Assembly: GCF_006345805.1 (NCBI RefSeq)
Contig: NC_042998.1
Span: 153,140,001 to 153,204,000 of the forward strand
Source of the DNA: Octopus sinensis
Taxonomy: Eukaryota
Length of the DNA: 64,000 nt
Direction of reading: 5' to 3'
The notes under the pieces are model-generated. The model was not told the origin of the DNA and did not search any database. It saw nothing but the letters and a program-made list of their open reading frames with translations. The position numbers and the translations under genes are program-made. Below, piece by piece: positions 12,468-24,289 of the stretch. Numbering within the stretch: position 1 is the stretch's first letter; each line of letters opens with the position of its first letter.

Positions 12468-14390
12468 ATCATCATCATCATCATCGTTTAACGTCCACTT
12501 ACCATGCTGGCATGGGTTGGACGGTTTGACTGGGGACTGGTGAGCCAGATATCTGCACCAGGCTCTAATCTGACCTGCAGAGTTTCTACAGCTGGGTGCC
12601 CTTCCTAATGCCAACCACTCGGAGAATGTTGTGGGTGCTTTTATGGGCCACTGGCACGAGGGCCAGTCAGCAGCCCTGGCAGCGGTCACGCTTGGATGGT
12701 GCTCTTAGTGCTCCACTGGCACGAATATCAGTCATGCGGTGCTGTCATTGAATTTGATTTCGATTTCACTTGCCTCAACAGGTCTTCGCAAGCAGAGTTT
12801 AGTGTCCAATGAAAGAAAGGTACGCCTAAGTGGGCTGGTTACACCACTGGCATAGGCCATGGGTTATGGTCTCATTTGGCTTGCTGGGTCTTCTCAAGCA
12901 CAGCATATTTCCAAAGGTCTCGGTCACTAGTCATTGCCTCATTGAGGCCTAATGTTCAGAGGTCATGCTTCACCACCTCATCCCAGGTCTTCCTGGCTCT
13001 ACCTCTTCCACACTTTCCCTCAACCACTAGAGTGTGTCACACAGCTGTCCTCATCCGTTCGCACCACATGGCCATACCAGCACAGTCGTCTCTCTTGTAC
13101 ACCACATCTGATGATTCTTAGGTCTAACTTTTCTCTCAAGGTACTTACATTCTGTTGAGTATGCACACTGACATTACACATCCAGCAGAGCATACTGGCT
13201 TCATTCCTTGCACGCTTACGCATGTCCTCAGCAGTCACGGCCCATGTTTCACTGCCATGTAGCATGGCTGTTCGTACACATGCGTCATACAGTCTGCCTT
13301 TTACTCTGAGCGAGAGGCCTTTTGTCACCAGCAAAGGTAAGAACTCTCTGAACTTTGCCCAGGCTATTGTTACTCTAGCAGTTGCACTTTTAGCACACCT
13401 GCCCCCACTACTGACTTGGTCGCCTAGGTAAAGGAAGCTATCAACTACTTTTAGTGTTTCTCCCTGGAATGTGGCAGAAGTTGTTCTCTTCACATTTTCA
13501 ATGTTTATTGCTCCTGAGCATCTGCCACACAAAAAAACTATCTTCCTAGTTAGCCTTCCTTTGATATTCCTACACCTCTTATGTGTCCATAGCTTACACT
13601 GGGTACATCTTATAGAGTTTCTCCCTATGACTTTTCTACAGATCAAGCAGGGCCATCTATCTGAAGGGGGTTTGTGGTTTGTCTGCTTTCCTACTTATTA
13701 GAACTTTGGTTTTAGCTAGGTTGACTCTAAGGCCCTTTCTTCCACACCTGAAACTTCTCCTCTAGTTCTGACTGTGACTCAGCAATTAGAACAAGGTCAT
13801 CGGCATAGAGGAGCTCCCAGGCGCATCCTGTCTTGAATTCCTCTGTTATTGCCTGTAGGACTATGGTAAATAGGAGGGGGCTGAGTACTGAACCCTGGTG
13901 GACCCTTACCTCTACTTGGATTCTTCACTGTACTCATTGTCAAACCTCACCTTACTGACAGCATCCCTATACATGGCTTGCACAGCTCTCACTAACCATT
14001 CATCTATCCCTAGTTTCCTCATTGACCACCAGATAAGGGATCGGCGTACCCTGTCAAAGGCTTTCTTCATGTCAATGAAACCCAGATGCAGAGGTTTATC
14101 TTTGGCTAGGTATTTCTCCTGCAGCTTTCTTACCAAAAATATAGCTTCAGTGGTGCTTTTCCCTGGCACGAATCGAAACTGCATCTCATCTGACTCTCTC
14201 CCTAATTAGTTGGGCTATGACCCTCTCTGTGACCTTTATTACCTGACCCAACAACTTGATACCTCTGTAATTATATTTATCTAAAGCGTCACCTTTACCT
14301 TTGTAGCAGTTGACTATGGTGCTGCTACACCAGTCGTTGGGTATGACTCCTTCATGTATCACCTGGTTAACTATATGGATGACTAGGCAT
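12468..14390 (-). mobile_element. RTE-clade LINE, 5'-truncated copy 3
   Basis: ORFs 13912-14184 (QFRFVPGKSTTEAIF, KAFDRV) and 13020-13646, plus 3' UTR and (GAT)n tail. Confidence 0.92.
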
Positions 14391-15535
14391 TTTCATACTC
14401 TTAATTGCTTTATCTACCAAGGTATTGTCAATTCGGATTGTATATATATATATGTATGTATGCATATATATATGTATATATATATATGTACATATGCACA
14501 CACACACACATATATTATTTATATTATTATGTGATTGAATGCCATGCATCCTCTTCCAAGTAAGTTTTATCTTAATAATTCTGATGCACACTCTATATGA
14601 TCTTTTTCTCTTTCGTTTTTCTCTCTTTCTCTCTTTTATTCTTTTACCTCCTATTCTCCCACCATTCTGTCCTATTACTTTGTCACTCTCTCTCCCTCAC
14701 TCTTACTCCCTTGCTCATGTACTCCCATGTGAGCAACGGCCATCTTTCTTTCTACTCCTAACTTGAGTTTCTTTCTTTCTCCCCGTTGTTGCTGGAAGAA
14801 GGAAGATGTATTATTGTCTGTCTCCTGTCCAAGCTTGATTTACATGTTCACCACTACAACCTCGTTTAAGCTTAGCTGTTTGTTTTCACTGTCCTGTTTG
14901 TGTTACCAATTTTGACCGTCCCCAAAATCCCAAATTCTATTTAATTTGCTTTGTGGGAGCAACTGTTTTATCAAAGGCGTATATTGTTGTTAAATACTTG
15001 AAATACGAGAGTAGAAAAACAGCCAACAATTGGTAAAGATTCGTTGTTTATGTTGTTTGTTTTGTTTTCCATTAGTGTCTTTTGTTGTTGGAAAAAATAG
15101 TTCATATTCTATGTACTCATACTTTGTATTTTTTTTGTTGTACCCTCACATGCATTTATGTATACGTATAGATATATGTACATATACAAATGTATATATG
15201 CATATATTTATTTATATATTATTTATACACACACACATTTATATATGCATACATATATATATGCATATATGTATATATATATATTTTTTTTTTAAATTTA
15301 CAATTGAGGATAATATCTTTATAAGAAATTATCAGTAGTTAGCATGAAAAACCTCATAAGAGAAAAAAATCTGTAAATTTTTCCACTTTGAAAATATTTA
15401 TTTATATTATATTGAGGGTACTACTATTCGTAGATACCACACGCTAAGAGGGACCAATGCGGTCAAAACTACTAAAATAAACAAAATTTTACCGAATGCA
15501 AAACTTCAAAGCAAATTATTAAAAAAAATAATTTA

Positions 15536-15599
15536 GTTACATATCACCTGTGATTTCGCAATTAATGCAGAATATGCATTCTATGTTCATCAGTGCAAC
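15536..15599 (-). ncRNA. Type I hammerhead ribozyme-like motif
   Basis: Minus strand reads GUUGCA CUGAUGA [29 nt] GAAA UCAC-AG-GUGA UA UGUAAC. Stem I is 6 bp, stem III is 5 bp and the core is intact. The stem II closing pair is A-C, which is non-canonical. Confidence 0.75.
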
Positions 15600-16030
15600 A
15601 AACTCAAGATATATAAGAAAAAACATAACGTTACAAACTCGATAGCCAACCGTAGAATTCGTCGTAGCATGTACGAATGTTTATCGGAATTCCTTTTTAA
15701 ACAAGGACAATGTTTCACAGTAAAACACAACTTCACATGCGCATCAGAAAACCTAGTATATGTCTTAACTTGCTCGGGCTGTAATGAACACTACATAGGC
15801 CAAACTAAAAATAGCCTCCGCCAACACATGACTGTCCACAGATCCCAAATAAAAATACAGGAATACAGAAAAATAGCACTTAGTGCACATATTGATACCT
15901 GTGCCGCACAACTTCATCCCAATTTTAGAATCTTTCCCCTCTACAAATGCCACTCATACCCAGCGAATAACCATGGAATCCCACCTTATTAATAAATACA
16001 GACCACTTCTAAACACGAACCCACAACAAA
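15600..16030 (+). mobile_element. Penelope-like element 3' fragment (GIY-YIG endonuclease, frameshifted)
   Basis: FTCASENLVYVLTCSGCNEHYIGQTKNSLRQHMTVHRSQI, then after a frameshift ESHLINKYRPLLN: the typical PLE C-terminal GIY-YIG domain. Confidence 0.88.
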
Positions 16031-16485
16031 CACACTTACACCTGCACACACCCTACACACACTTTTACCCAGATATTAACACCATGACACACGCAAATAT
16101 ATGGTTCAACACATACACATAATTGGATACGGGTGCAAAACATCCAACACTATTTTTTGGAAATGACTGTAAATATTGACTTCACACAAACACGTTGCTT
16201 CCCGATACAGGCACAAGGCCAGCAGAACTATAAATATTGAAAATTGTACCCACACACGCACACATATATGTGCATGCCCCAACATACATATAAACACACA
16301 CACACACACGCACACATACATATAGCTCTTCCTGTCCTAAACGAACTTACTTATCCAGCTCAAATTCAGTCAAGCGGAAAATACACTCCCTAACTAAGCG
16401 CTAAAAAGCTATTTAAAATATCCACATCATGTCTACTGACCAGCCTGAACAATAAGAATTTTCAACAAGGCTATTTTCGAAAATT

Positions 16486-16755
16486 CTAAACATTCACGTG
16501 ACCTCTCTATTATGACCACATCCACGTGACCTCTTTATTATGACCAATAAGAAATTTTAGGCGCGACACTAGCCAAATTTTAACTTCTCTGGAGCCTTTT
16601 TTCTTACCCCAACACCAACTTCCATTCAAACATTCACATGACCCCTTCATAATGACCAATCAAAATTGTATTGACCATTGTCCACAAGAAATTTTAGGCG
16701 CGAAACCAAGCAAATCTTAAATAACCCTGGAGCCTCTTTTTTCACATATAAGAGA
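16486..16755 (+). promoter_or_regulatory. Duplicated ~140-bp promoter-like block (E-box, CCAAT, E2F-like, TATA-like)
   Basis: CACGTGAC at 16495 and 16523, CCAAT at 16544 and ~16656, GGCGCGAAA at 16697, TATAAG near 16747. Function is inferred. Confidence 0.4.
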
Positions 16756-17019
16756 CAGCAAACCCAACATAAAGTCAGATAAGAGGAAAAAATCTATCAG
16801 AAAGGAACTCTAATCTTTTGATAAGCATAACAAATGCGCAACCGGTAAAAAGAACTTTCACCTAATTAAATTACTTAAATTACTTAAATTATTTTGTCAG
16901 CATTTTCTTCATTTCCTTTTTTTTATATATATATATGCTTATATATGCATAGATATATAGCTGTGCATATACACTTGCAAGTATAGATTCAAAAAAGTCG
17001 TTTTAATTTCTTTTCACTA

Positions 17020-17066
17020 AGACCGCTTGTGAGTAGATTTGGTAGATGGAAACTGAAAGAAGCCTG

Positions 17067-17109
<43 letters not shown>

Positions 17110-17110
17110 T
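17020..17110 (+). mobile_element. SINE central fragment ending in (TA)n
   Basis: gcttgtgagtagatttggtagatggaaactgaaagaagcctgtc matches the SINE body. Confidence 0.75.
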
Positions 17111-17427
17111 AAATAGATAGATAGATCGGTAGATAACTTTTTATTTTGGTCACACAGGGCTAAACACAGAATAAAAATGGACGAAATACAATGTAGAGTT
17201 TTTTCTTTTCGAGGTGGGATGGGTGGGACACACAAAGAAAAGACGTTCGATCAATAGGGATCTGTGGGTTGTGTGGTGTATAAAAAAGCAATATATATAT
17301 ATGTATAAAGTTCACAGTTTAGGTGTAGCCTTGGAAAGAAAAACCTACAAAAAAGACCAAAGTCACCTCAGACAGTTCGAAAATGAAAACATGAGCAAGT
17401 CACCTTACCTCTCGTTGTCTTTTTTGG

Positions 17428-20400
17428 TTACAGATTTATGCTTAAAATAGTGTCGTCTTTCATACTGACCATTTTTGCCACTTTTACCCACTTTTTATTA
17501 AAACATTCGTTCGACAAAGCCTTCCTCTCTATTCTCATCCTCCTTTTCAAGTGGTACTTGAAAAAGTTGACGAGAGACTGACCAGAGAGGAAGGTGTTTG
17601 TTTGCAGTCCTTTCAAACGCGTCCACCACACACATTCTTTCTCCATAGCCATCAGCGTAACGAAAACCGTTTTCCCTTCCCGTTTAAAGGAAGGTGGTGG
17701 AACAATATTCACGATAGACTCGACTGATAAGCGGGCCCGTCCTACACGCGACAACAGCTGTTCGACGAAGGTCCACAGCTCTGAAATATCTGGACACTGC
17801 ATGAGTGTGTGCAGAACGGTTTCGTCGCTCTGACTGCATCTCGGGCAGGTCGGTCCTGTGATGGTTTTCAAACCGTGCCTGTAGCTCTTCTCTCGAACAG
17901 GTAGTGCGTCTCGATAGCATTGCCAAGCCAGGGAGTTCTGGAAGTTATCCATAGGCCCCGGCCCGAACGTCGTCCTGAACAGGCGGGTTAGGAATTTCTC
18001 GTTGACGCCCAGGTTTGCCCCGAGTGTGTCGTTGGACCTCCCCTCCACTAGTCCTCTATAGAACGCTTTAGTTGTTTGTAAGTTGCACAAGTTTGACCCC
18101 GGTCAGCAGAGCTGCTGTAGACCTTGGTGACACTCTCGGTGCCAATCGCCCAGTTTCGGTCTCTTCTTGATCCATGTTTGCAGTTCGGTCAGTGAGACGA
18201 GCTGCGGGAAGGCGCGCCTCACAAACGGCGCCCACGCCTGTTCAGCATCATCAATGAAGTTCCAGAAATGTCGCAGTCTCAGCGCATGCCTGCGCATCAT
18301 CAACCACGGCATGCCCAGTCCTCCATTCAACGGATGTTGACAGCAAATGGACTTCCTCACCATCGGAACGCCACCCTTCCACAGGAAGCGGAAGAGTATG
18401 CGCTCCAGTTTGGTCATGGTGGTGTTGGGACAAGGCACGACGGTCAGGCGGTAATCGATGACGGATGCGATGTATGCGTTCGCCACCTCCGCCGACCTTT
18501 TAGAGACAGCTTTCTCTCAGCCCATGTTTGGCTGAGATTGACCACTCTACTCGTGATCTCGTCCCAGTTCTTATCCATTTGGAGGTCCGGACTGAACCAG
18601 ACACCAAGCAATTTAACTGGTCCGTCCGTCCAGCGTCCCACTACTGAGCTGCAGTCGGATGGCATGGGCTTGCTTCTCCAGGTACCAAGTAGCAAACCCA
18701 CTGACTTTTCCAGGTTAATCTTTGCTCCCGTCACTGTTTCGTATTTTCTTAGTGTCTTGCCTATCATCTGGATGTGTTTATCGCTTGACACTATGACGGT
18801 GACATCATCCGCATATGCCAACACGCTCGTCCCACAACCCAGTTCCCGTGGGATGCCCCTCAGTGTCGCCAGCTTCCACAGTAGCGGCCAGGAGTCAATA
18901 CATACAGAAGTGCTGACAGGGGACACCCCTGACGGACCGAACGCGTGATGTCAAACAGTTTCGACAGGTGACCGTTCACCCAAATCATCGATCGGATGCC
19001 GCTATACAAGGCAGCGATCCAACCGCAGAAGACGGGATCGAAGCCAGCCACCCTGAGGACGGCTGCCAAGTACCGATGGTCGACCCTATCGAAGGCTTTA
19101 GGCTGATCCAAATTGATCAGCACCCCACCCATGCCAGGATCCTTAACTACCCTGTCCACAATGTAGCGCATCAGATGGAGGTTGTCATTATGGTTCTGCC
19201 CGGCACGGCACATGTTTGCGCCCTGTCGACCAGTTTACTAATGACAAGCGCCAACCTCTCGGCTATTACTTTGGCCAAAATTTTCAAATCTGCGTTGAGC
19301 AGAGTGATGGGCCTGAAATTATCTGTAAAATTCCCCTTGTTTGGGTCTTTCTTCAGCAACGTCACTGCACCTCGGCTCACAAAACCAGGGATTCTCCCGT
19401 TTTGTTGCCAGTTGCAGTAGACTGATGCCAAGAGGTCGCCAAACAAGTCTGGCATTTGACAATAAAGCTCGTAGGGTAAACCATCCAATCCAGGCGACTT
19501 ATCCCTCGTGCAGCCCGTCATCACATCCCGCACGTCAGCGGTTAGTGATGGGACTTTCACAACACTCCGCTTCTCCTGCCGAGAGCCACGGCAGGTCGGT
19601 CAGGCAGGCACTGAAATCCATCCCGTGTTCCGACCCACCATTCGCACCAAACAGTCAAGCAAAGTGCAGTTGAAAGGCCTCACACATCCTTTCGGGTTTG
19701 AGTAAACTGCATCCCTGTTGATCTATTAGAGACCGAATGGTGACTCTGTTGCCACACTGCACCTCCGCTACCCGGGCCTCTCGCGCAGCTTCGATCCCTT
19801 CGTTCCTTAAGGCACGCATTTTAGCTCTGACGACGCAACCTTCGTGCTTGGCGTTGAGGTGTTGGTCGAGGGCCATCCTCGCAGCCAGCACGTTGGTTGC
19901 GCTGCCAGTGGTCAGTGCCTCTTCTAGTTTCTTAACCAGGTCTCCCTCTACTCTATTTCAATCTAACGCTAATTCCTTGCTAAACCTAATTGATTCCGAT
20001 TTTATTGCCATTTTCAGGGCGAACCACCAGCGGTTGTTAACGACGGCTCCTGCCAGCACCCTCTTAATTAACTCGCTAATCCGGTTCCTGTAAACCTGTC
20101 GCGCTAAGAGCAACGTGTTCAGTTTCCAGTAGCCGGGACCCTGTCTATGTGTCTTATCTAAGTCGAGCGTACACGTCACAAATTTGTGATCTGTGTAGCT
20201 GACTATTTTAAATTGTGGACATCCTACACTATCCCTTTCCGCTGTCCTGCATAGAATTCTATCTAGATAAGATCTCGACGATCCGACGTGGTTCGTCCAA
20301 GTCCACGTTGGCACGTTCGGATGGTCGAGTTGGAACCTGTCAGACAAATGGAAACGTCTGAGTAGGTCTTTGAGGCACTTACACCCACTTCTATTCCTAT

Positions 20401-20870
20401 CCATTCCCACATAATCTAGATGCGTGTCCAAGGTAGCATTCCAATCCCCTACTAACAGTAAAGGTCTAGACGTACCCAGGAAAACCTCTAGACGTCTGAA
20501 GAAATCCGCCCAACCCGTTAAGGACGGTGCATAAACTGCCATCAGATGGAATGCACACTCATTTCTGCCATCCACGCACGTTCAAGACAACTAGCCTACC
20601 CTCCGGGTCTAGGAATATTGTTCTTACTTTTACATTTAGACTCTTTCGAAAAAGCACCGCGGTACCTCCACCACCCATGTTCGGCAAACAGGGAGAAAAA
20701 TAAATGTCAAATTGATCGCCAAACATGGACGCGAGGGCCCGTGGCTTGCTGAGTCTGGTTTCACTGATAGTTACTATATCCACGTTCAATGACTTGATGT
20801 CGTTTAGAAAGTAACCTTGTTTCCAAGCCGACGCCAAGCCACGCGCATTCACACAACCTAATTTAAGCAT
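17428..20870 (-). pseudogene. Tx1-like ORF2 (APE endonuclease-RT-zinc finger), ~7 frameshifts
   Basis: Overlapping ORF pieces in order: NARGL..SET, GDWNATL, SYLDRI, TDHK, WKLN, PGLDGLPYELY, RPITLLNAD, AFDRVDH, SVRQGCPLS, YADD, CPRC..ET..H...C. Confidence 0.9.
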
Positions 20871-21249
20871 AATTGACGTTTAAGAAATTTGTGTTTCACA
20901 CACTACATTGGAAGAGACAAGAGGCAAGAGGGAAGGTCACTTACTCATTTCGAAAGTTTTAGTTTTTTCTTCATCTTTTGTAGTGTCTTTGAGGAGGTGT
21001 TTGAATAGTCTTTTTGAGAGGTATCTTTGAAACCCCCCTACCGCATTTGGAAATATGGTTTTCAGTGTATGGTGTTGTGTTTGTGTTATGTGTACAATTC
21101 TTATGTGTTTCGGTGGTGTGGTGCGTGGATGATTATTTGTCTTAAAGTCATCTTCACAGATGTTCGTGTTGGATGCAATGTAATCCATTAGTTTTTTATT
21201 GTCTGTGTCTATTGCTGTTAGTTGTGTGTGTGGTTTTGCGGGGTCATTG

Positions 21250-22594
21250 AATTTTTGATTGTCTAAGGGGATGCTGTCCAGAGTTAAATATCTCCCTGCT
21301 TTACTTACTTGTTTGGTGGGCTTTTTTGATCTTTTCCTTTTACCTCCTGTGGCTATTTGCCATTCCGTCGAACTTTCGTCGTTGGACGACGAGTCCGACG
21401 AATCAGAAGGGGGTAAAGGTAAAGCATTTGCGTTAATATGTATGTTTGTAGAAATTGTTGATGTTTTGTGCGGTGTTTGTGTTGTTGTGGTGTTAGGGGT
21501 AGAATTTGTCTTCTCGTCACTGTTTTCTGTTTTTTAGTTGTCGTCCTTGGTGTTGGTCTATCTTTTGGTGCTGGTTCAGTATGCTGAATTGGTTGTGAAG
21601 TCAACAGTGATTGTGTTGGTGCTGTTTCTTTTCTTGGTAATGTTGTTGGGGTTTGTTTGCTGGTTTGTTGTTTTTCTTGGTATTGTTCCATAATTGAGTG
21701 TGTTGGTGTTGGCAACAACTGTTTTTTATTTGTTTTCTGATTTGTTCTTTCTTGTTTTTTCTGTGCCAGAGCGCACTTTGCAATTAAATGTTCTGGGCTG
21801 CCACAGTTGTAGCATCTTGGCTTTTTGCCTTCTGCCACAACGTATAGGCTTTGCCCATTCTCTAAAAGAATCTTATCAGGAAGTTTCTTGATAGAGGACC
21901 CATCAATCTGGATGGTGACTTCTATCGATTTACCACCCCAATTGTCGTTTTTGTATACGGCAATCTCTAAAATGTTTATAGTTTTTAAATGGTAACATAT
22001 CGCTCCTGTTATCCATTTGTTAGGTATCTCCGGTGGTACATTTTTAATGCTAATTTTGCTTACTCTTTGCCTTTGTAATATGGTATCATGATGATTTCAT
22101 CATTTTGCAAAGACTCTGTAGAGTGAGCTTTTGCCACTTCCTGGTTAGGGAAGTGGACCACCACTGTATTAAACTGGGGGCCCCAGTTTATATATTCTTT
22201 TTTTCATTATGTTTTTAAACACTTTTCTATGTCCGTTTTTGTAATCTGTTCATTTTGTTTTTTGTTTTTTTTTATAATTTTATATATAATTGTCTTATTT
22301 TCTATTTGTTCCTTTATGTGTTGAGGTGTATGCAATACTAAATCCTGCCCTTGGGTTGTAAAGAGTGCTCTCGTTTCTATTAACTCTTTACTCTTTTACT
22401 TGTTTCAGTCATTTGACTGTGGCCATGCTGGAGCACCGCCTTTAGTGGAGCAAATCGACCCTGGGACTTATTCTTTGTAAGCCCAGTACTTATTCTATCG
22501 GTCTCTTTTGCCGAACCGCTAAGTGACGGGGGACGTAAACACACCAGCATCGATTGTCAAGCAATGCTAGGGGGACAAACACAGACACACAAAC

Positions 22595-22674
<80 letters not shown>

Positions 22675-23370
22675 GCGACAGGCTTCTTTTAGTTTCCGTC
22701 TACCAAATCCACTCACAAGGCATTGGTCGGCCCGGGGCTATAGCAGAAGGCACTTGCCCAAGATGCCACGCAGTGGGACTGAACCCAGAACCATGTGGTT
22801 GGTTAGCAAGCTACTTACCACACAGCCACTCCTGCTCCTATTGGTGGAGAATCTTTATTCGTAAATTTTATTATTTCTTTTTTCTGACGCAGTGTGTCAG
22901 CGAAATTTACTGTTTTATTCTGGCAGTTGTTGTTGTTGTGTGTTTTTGTTGTTGTTGTATCCGAAATATTCTTGGACGTGGCTTTTTCAGGTACTGTTGA
23001 TTCTGTTATTTTAATATCTTCACTATTAGATGATAAAATATTTATTTCATTTTTGTTGTTGTTGTTCTTGTTGTTGTTTTTGTTAATAGTATTTGCCTGA
23101 GTTTCATTTTTATCATTTATGTTAATGGTGGTGGTGGTTGCAGTAGTAGTTTCGTTGTTGTTGTTGTTAGTGGTGGTGGTGGTGGTGGTGACAGGGCTGT
23201 TAACGAAAGTGGTTGCAGCGTTCACTTCCACGTCACTCAGGTTTGTCTTTGTCAAATGTGTGTGCATGCATAAGTTCTTTTTTTCTCCTAGCATTTCAAG
23301 GCTAGGAAAATGCTGGTCCATAAAGGAATTTGATCAGCGTTCTACAATAAAATTTCTTGACATTTTTTAA
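21250..23370 (-). pseudogene. Tx1-like ORF1 (T/N-rich N-terminus, CCHC knuckle), interrupted by a SINE
   Basis: CYNCGSPEHLIAKC at about 21815. Removing the SINE at 22382-22837 joins ...KDSPPI to ETRALFTTQG in frame. Confidence 0.7.
22382..22837 (-). mobile_element. Full-length tRNA-derived SINE with 5-bp TSD
   Basis: Complete head, internal (TA)n and (gtaaaaga)n tail. CTATT is duplicated at 22377-22381 and 22838-22842. Confidence 0.92.
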
Positions 23371-23934
23371 TGTCGAGAAGAAAAATACACAAATTAAATA
23401 GGGTTGAAACTGACCCTAGGGGCGAATTCCTCCCTTGGAAAAGCACTCAAACAAAAGTTGGGTGCTTTACACTCCTTGTCTACAAAAATGTACACAAAAT
23501 GTGGGCTATAAATAGTCAAAATAAATGATTACCTTCTGAGCCGATGTGACACGTCAGTGGATGGGTGGGTGGGTGGGTGGATGGATGGATGGATGGATCG
23601 GATCGGATCGGATCGAATTTGTGTTTGCATCTGGCCACAGTCAAATGACTGAAACCAATAAAAGAAATAAATGAAATATATGTAGCTCTGTGTGTGTATG
23701 TGGATGTATATGTATACATATATGTGTTATTGTTCTTTACACAAGCATCCATAACAAAAACTGTCATATGTAATGCTACTTTGAGTTGAACAATTTCTAT
23801 GCTGATCTGTTGAATGACTGGTGAAATTTTAAGTCGCTATAACAAAAATTACTAAAAATGCTGGTCTCTACACTTGTGAGTTCGTTATTTACTAAAAAAA
23901 TCCGTTTTTATGCATTTTAACTACACATTTGTAA

Positions 23935-24090
23935 CTACACACACACATATCCACACACACTCATGCGCGCGCATGCACACACACACACACACACATATCC
24001 ACACACACTCATGCGCGCGCATGCACACACACACACACATATCCACACACACTCATGCGCGTGCATGCACACACACACACACACATACAC
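23935..24090. repeat. Compound (CA)n tandem with repeated atatccacacacactcatgcgcgcgcatgc unit (x3)
   Basis: Directly visible. Confidence 0.85.
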
Positions 24091-24289
24091 ACAATATAGA
24101 CTTTGATGTCACTTGCATTTACTAAATTTCTCACAACATATTTGTGAACATAATGCTATATGGAAGAAACTTTCCCAAGATGTTGGACTGTGGGATTCAA
24201 CTTAAACCCATAAACCAACAAAGCAAACTTCCAAAGTACACAGATATTTATTTATAGATATATATTTGTTGATAGTCAATATTGCAATG

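Larger units (their letters stand above)
17128..23520 (-). mobile_element. Near full-length Tx1-like (L1-clade) LINE
   Basis: Contains ORF1 with a CCHC knuckle and ORF2 with APE, RT and a CxxC finger. The 3' UTR has AATAAA and runs into (TCTA)n/(TA)n. The 5' boundary is approximate. Confidence 0.88.
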
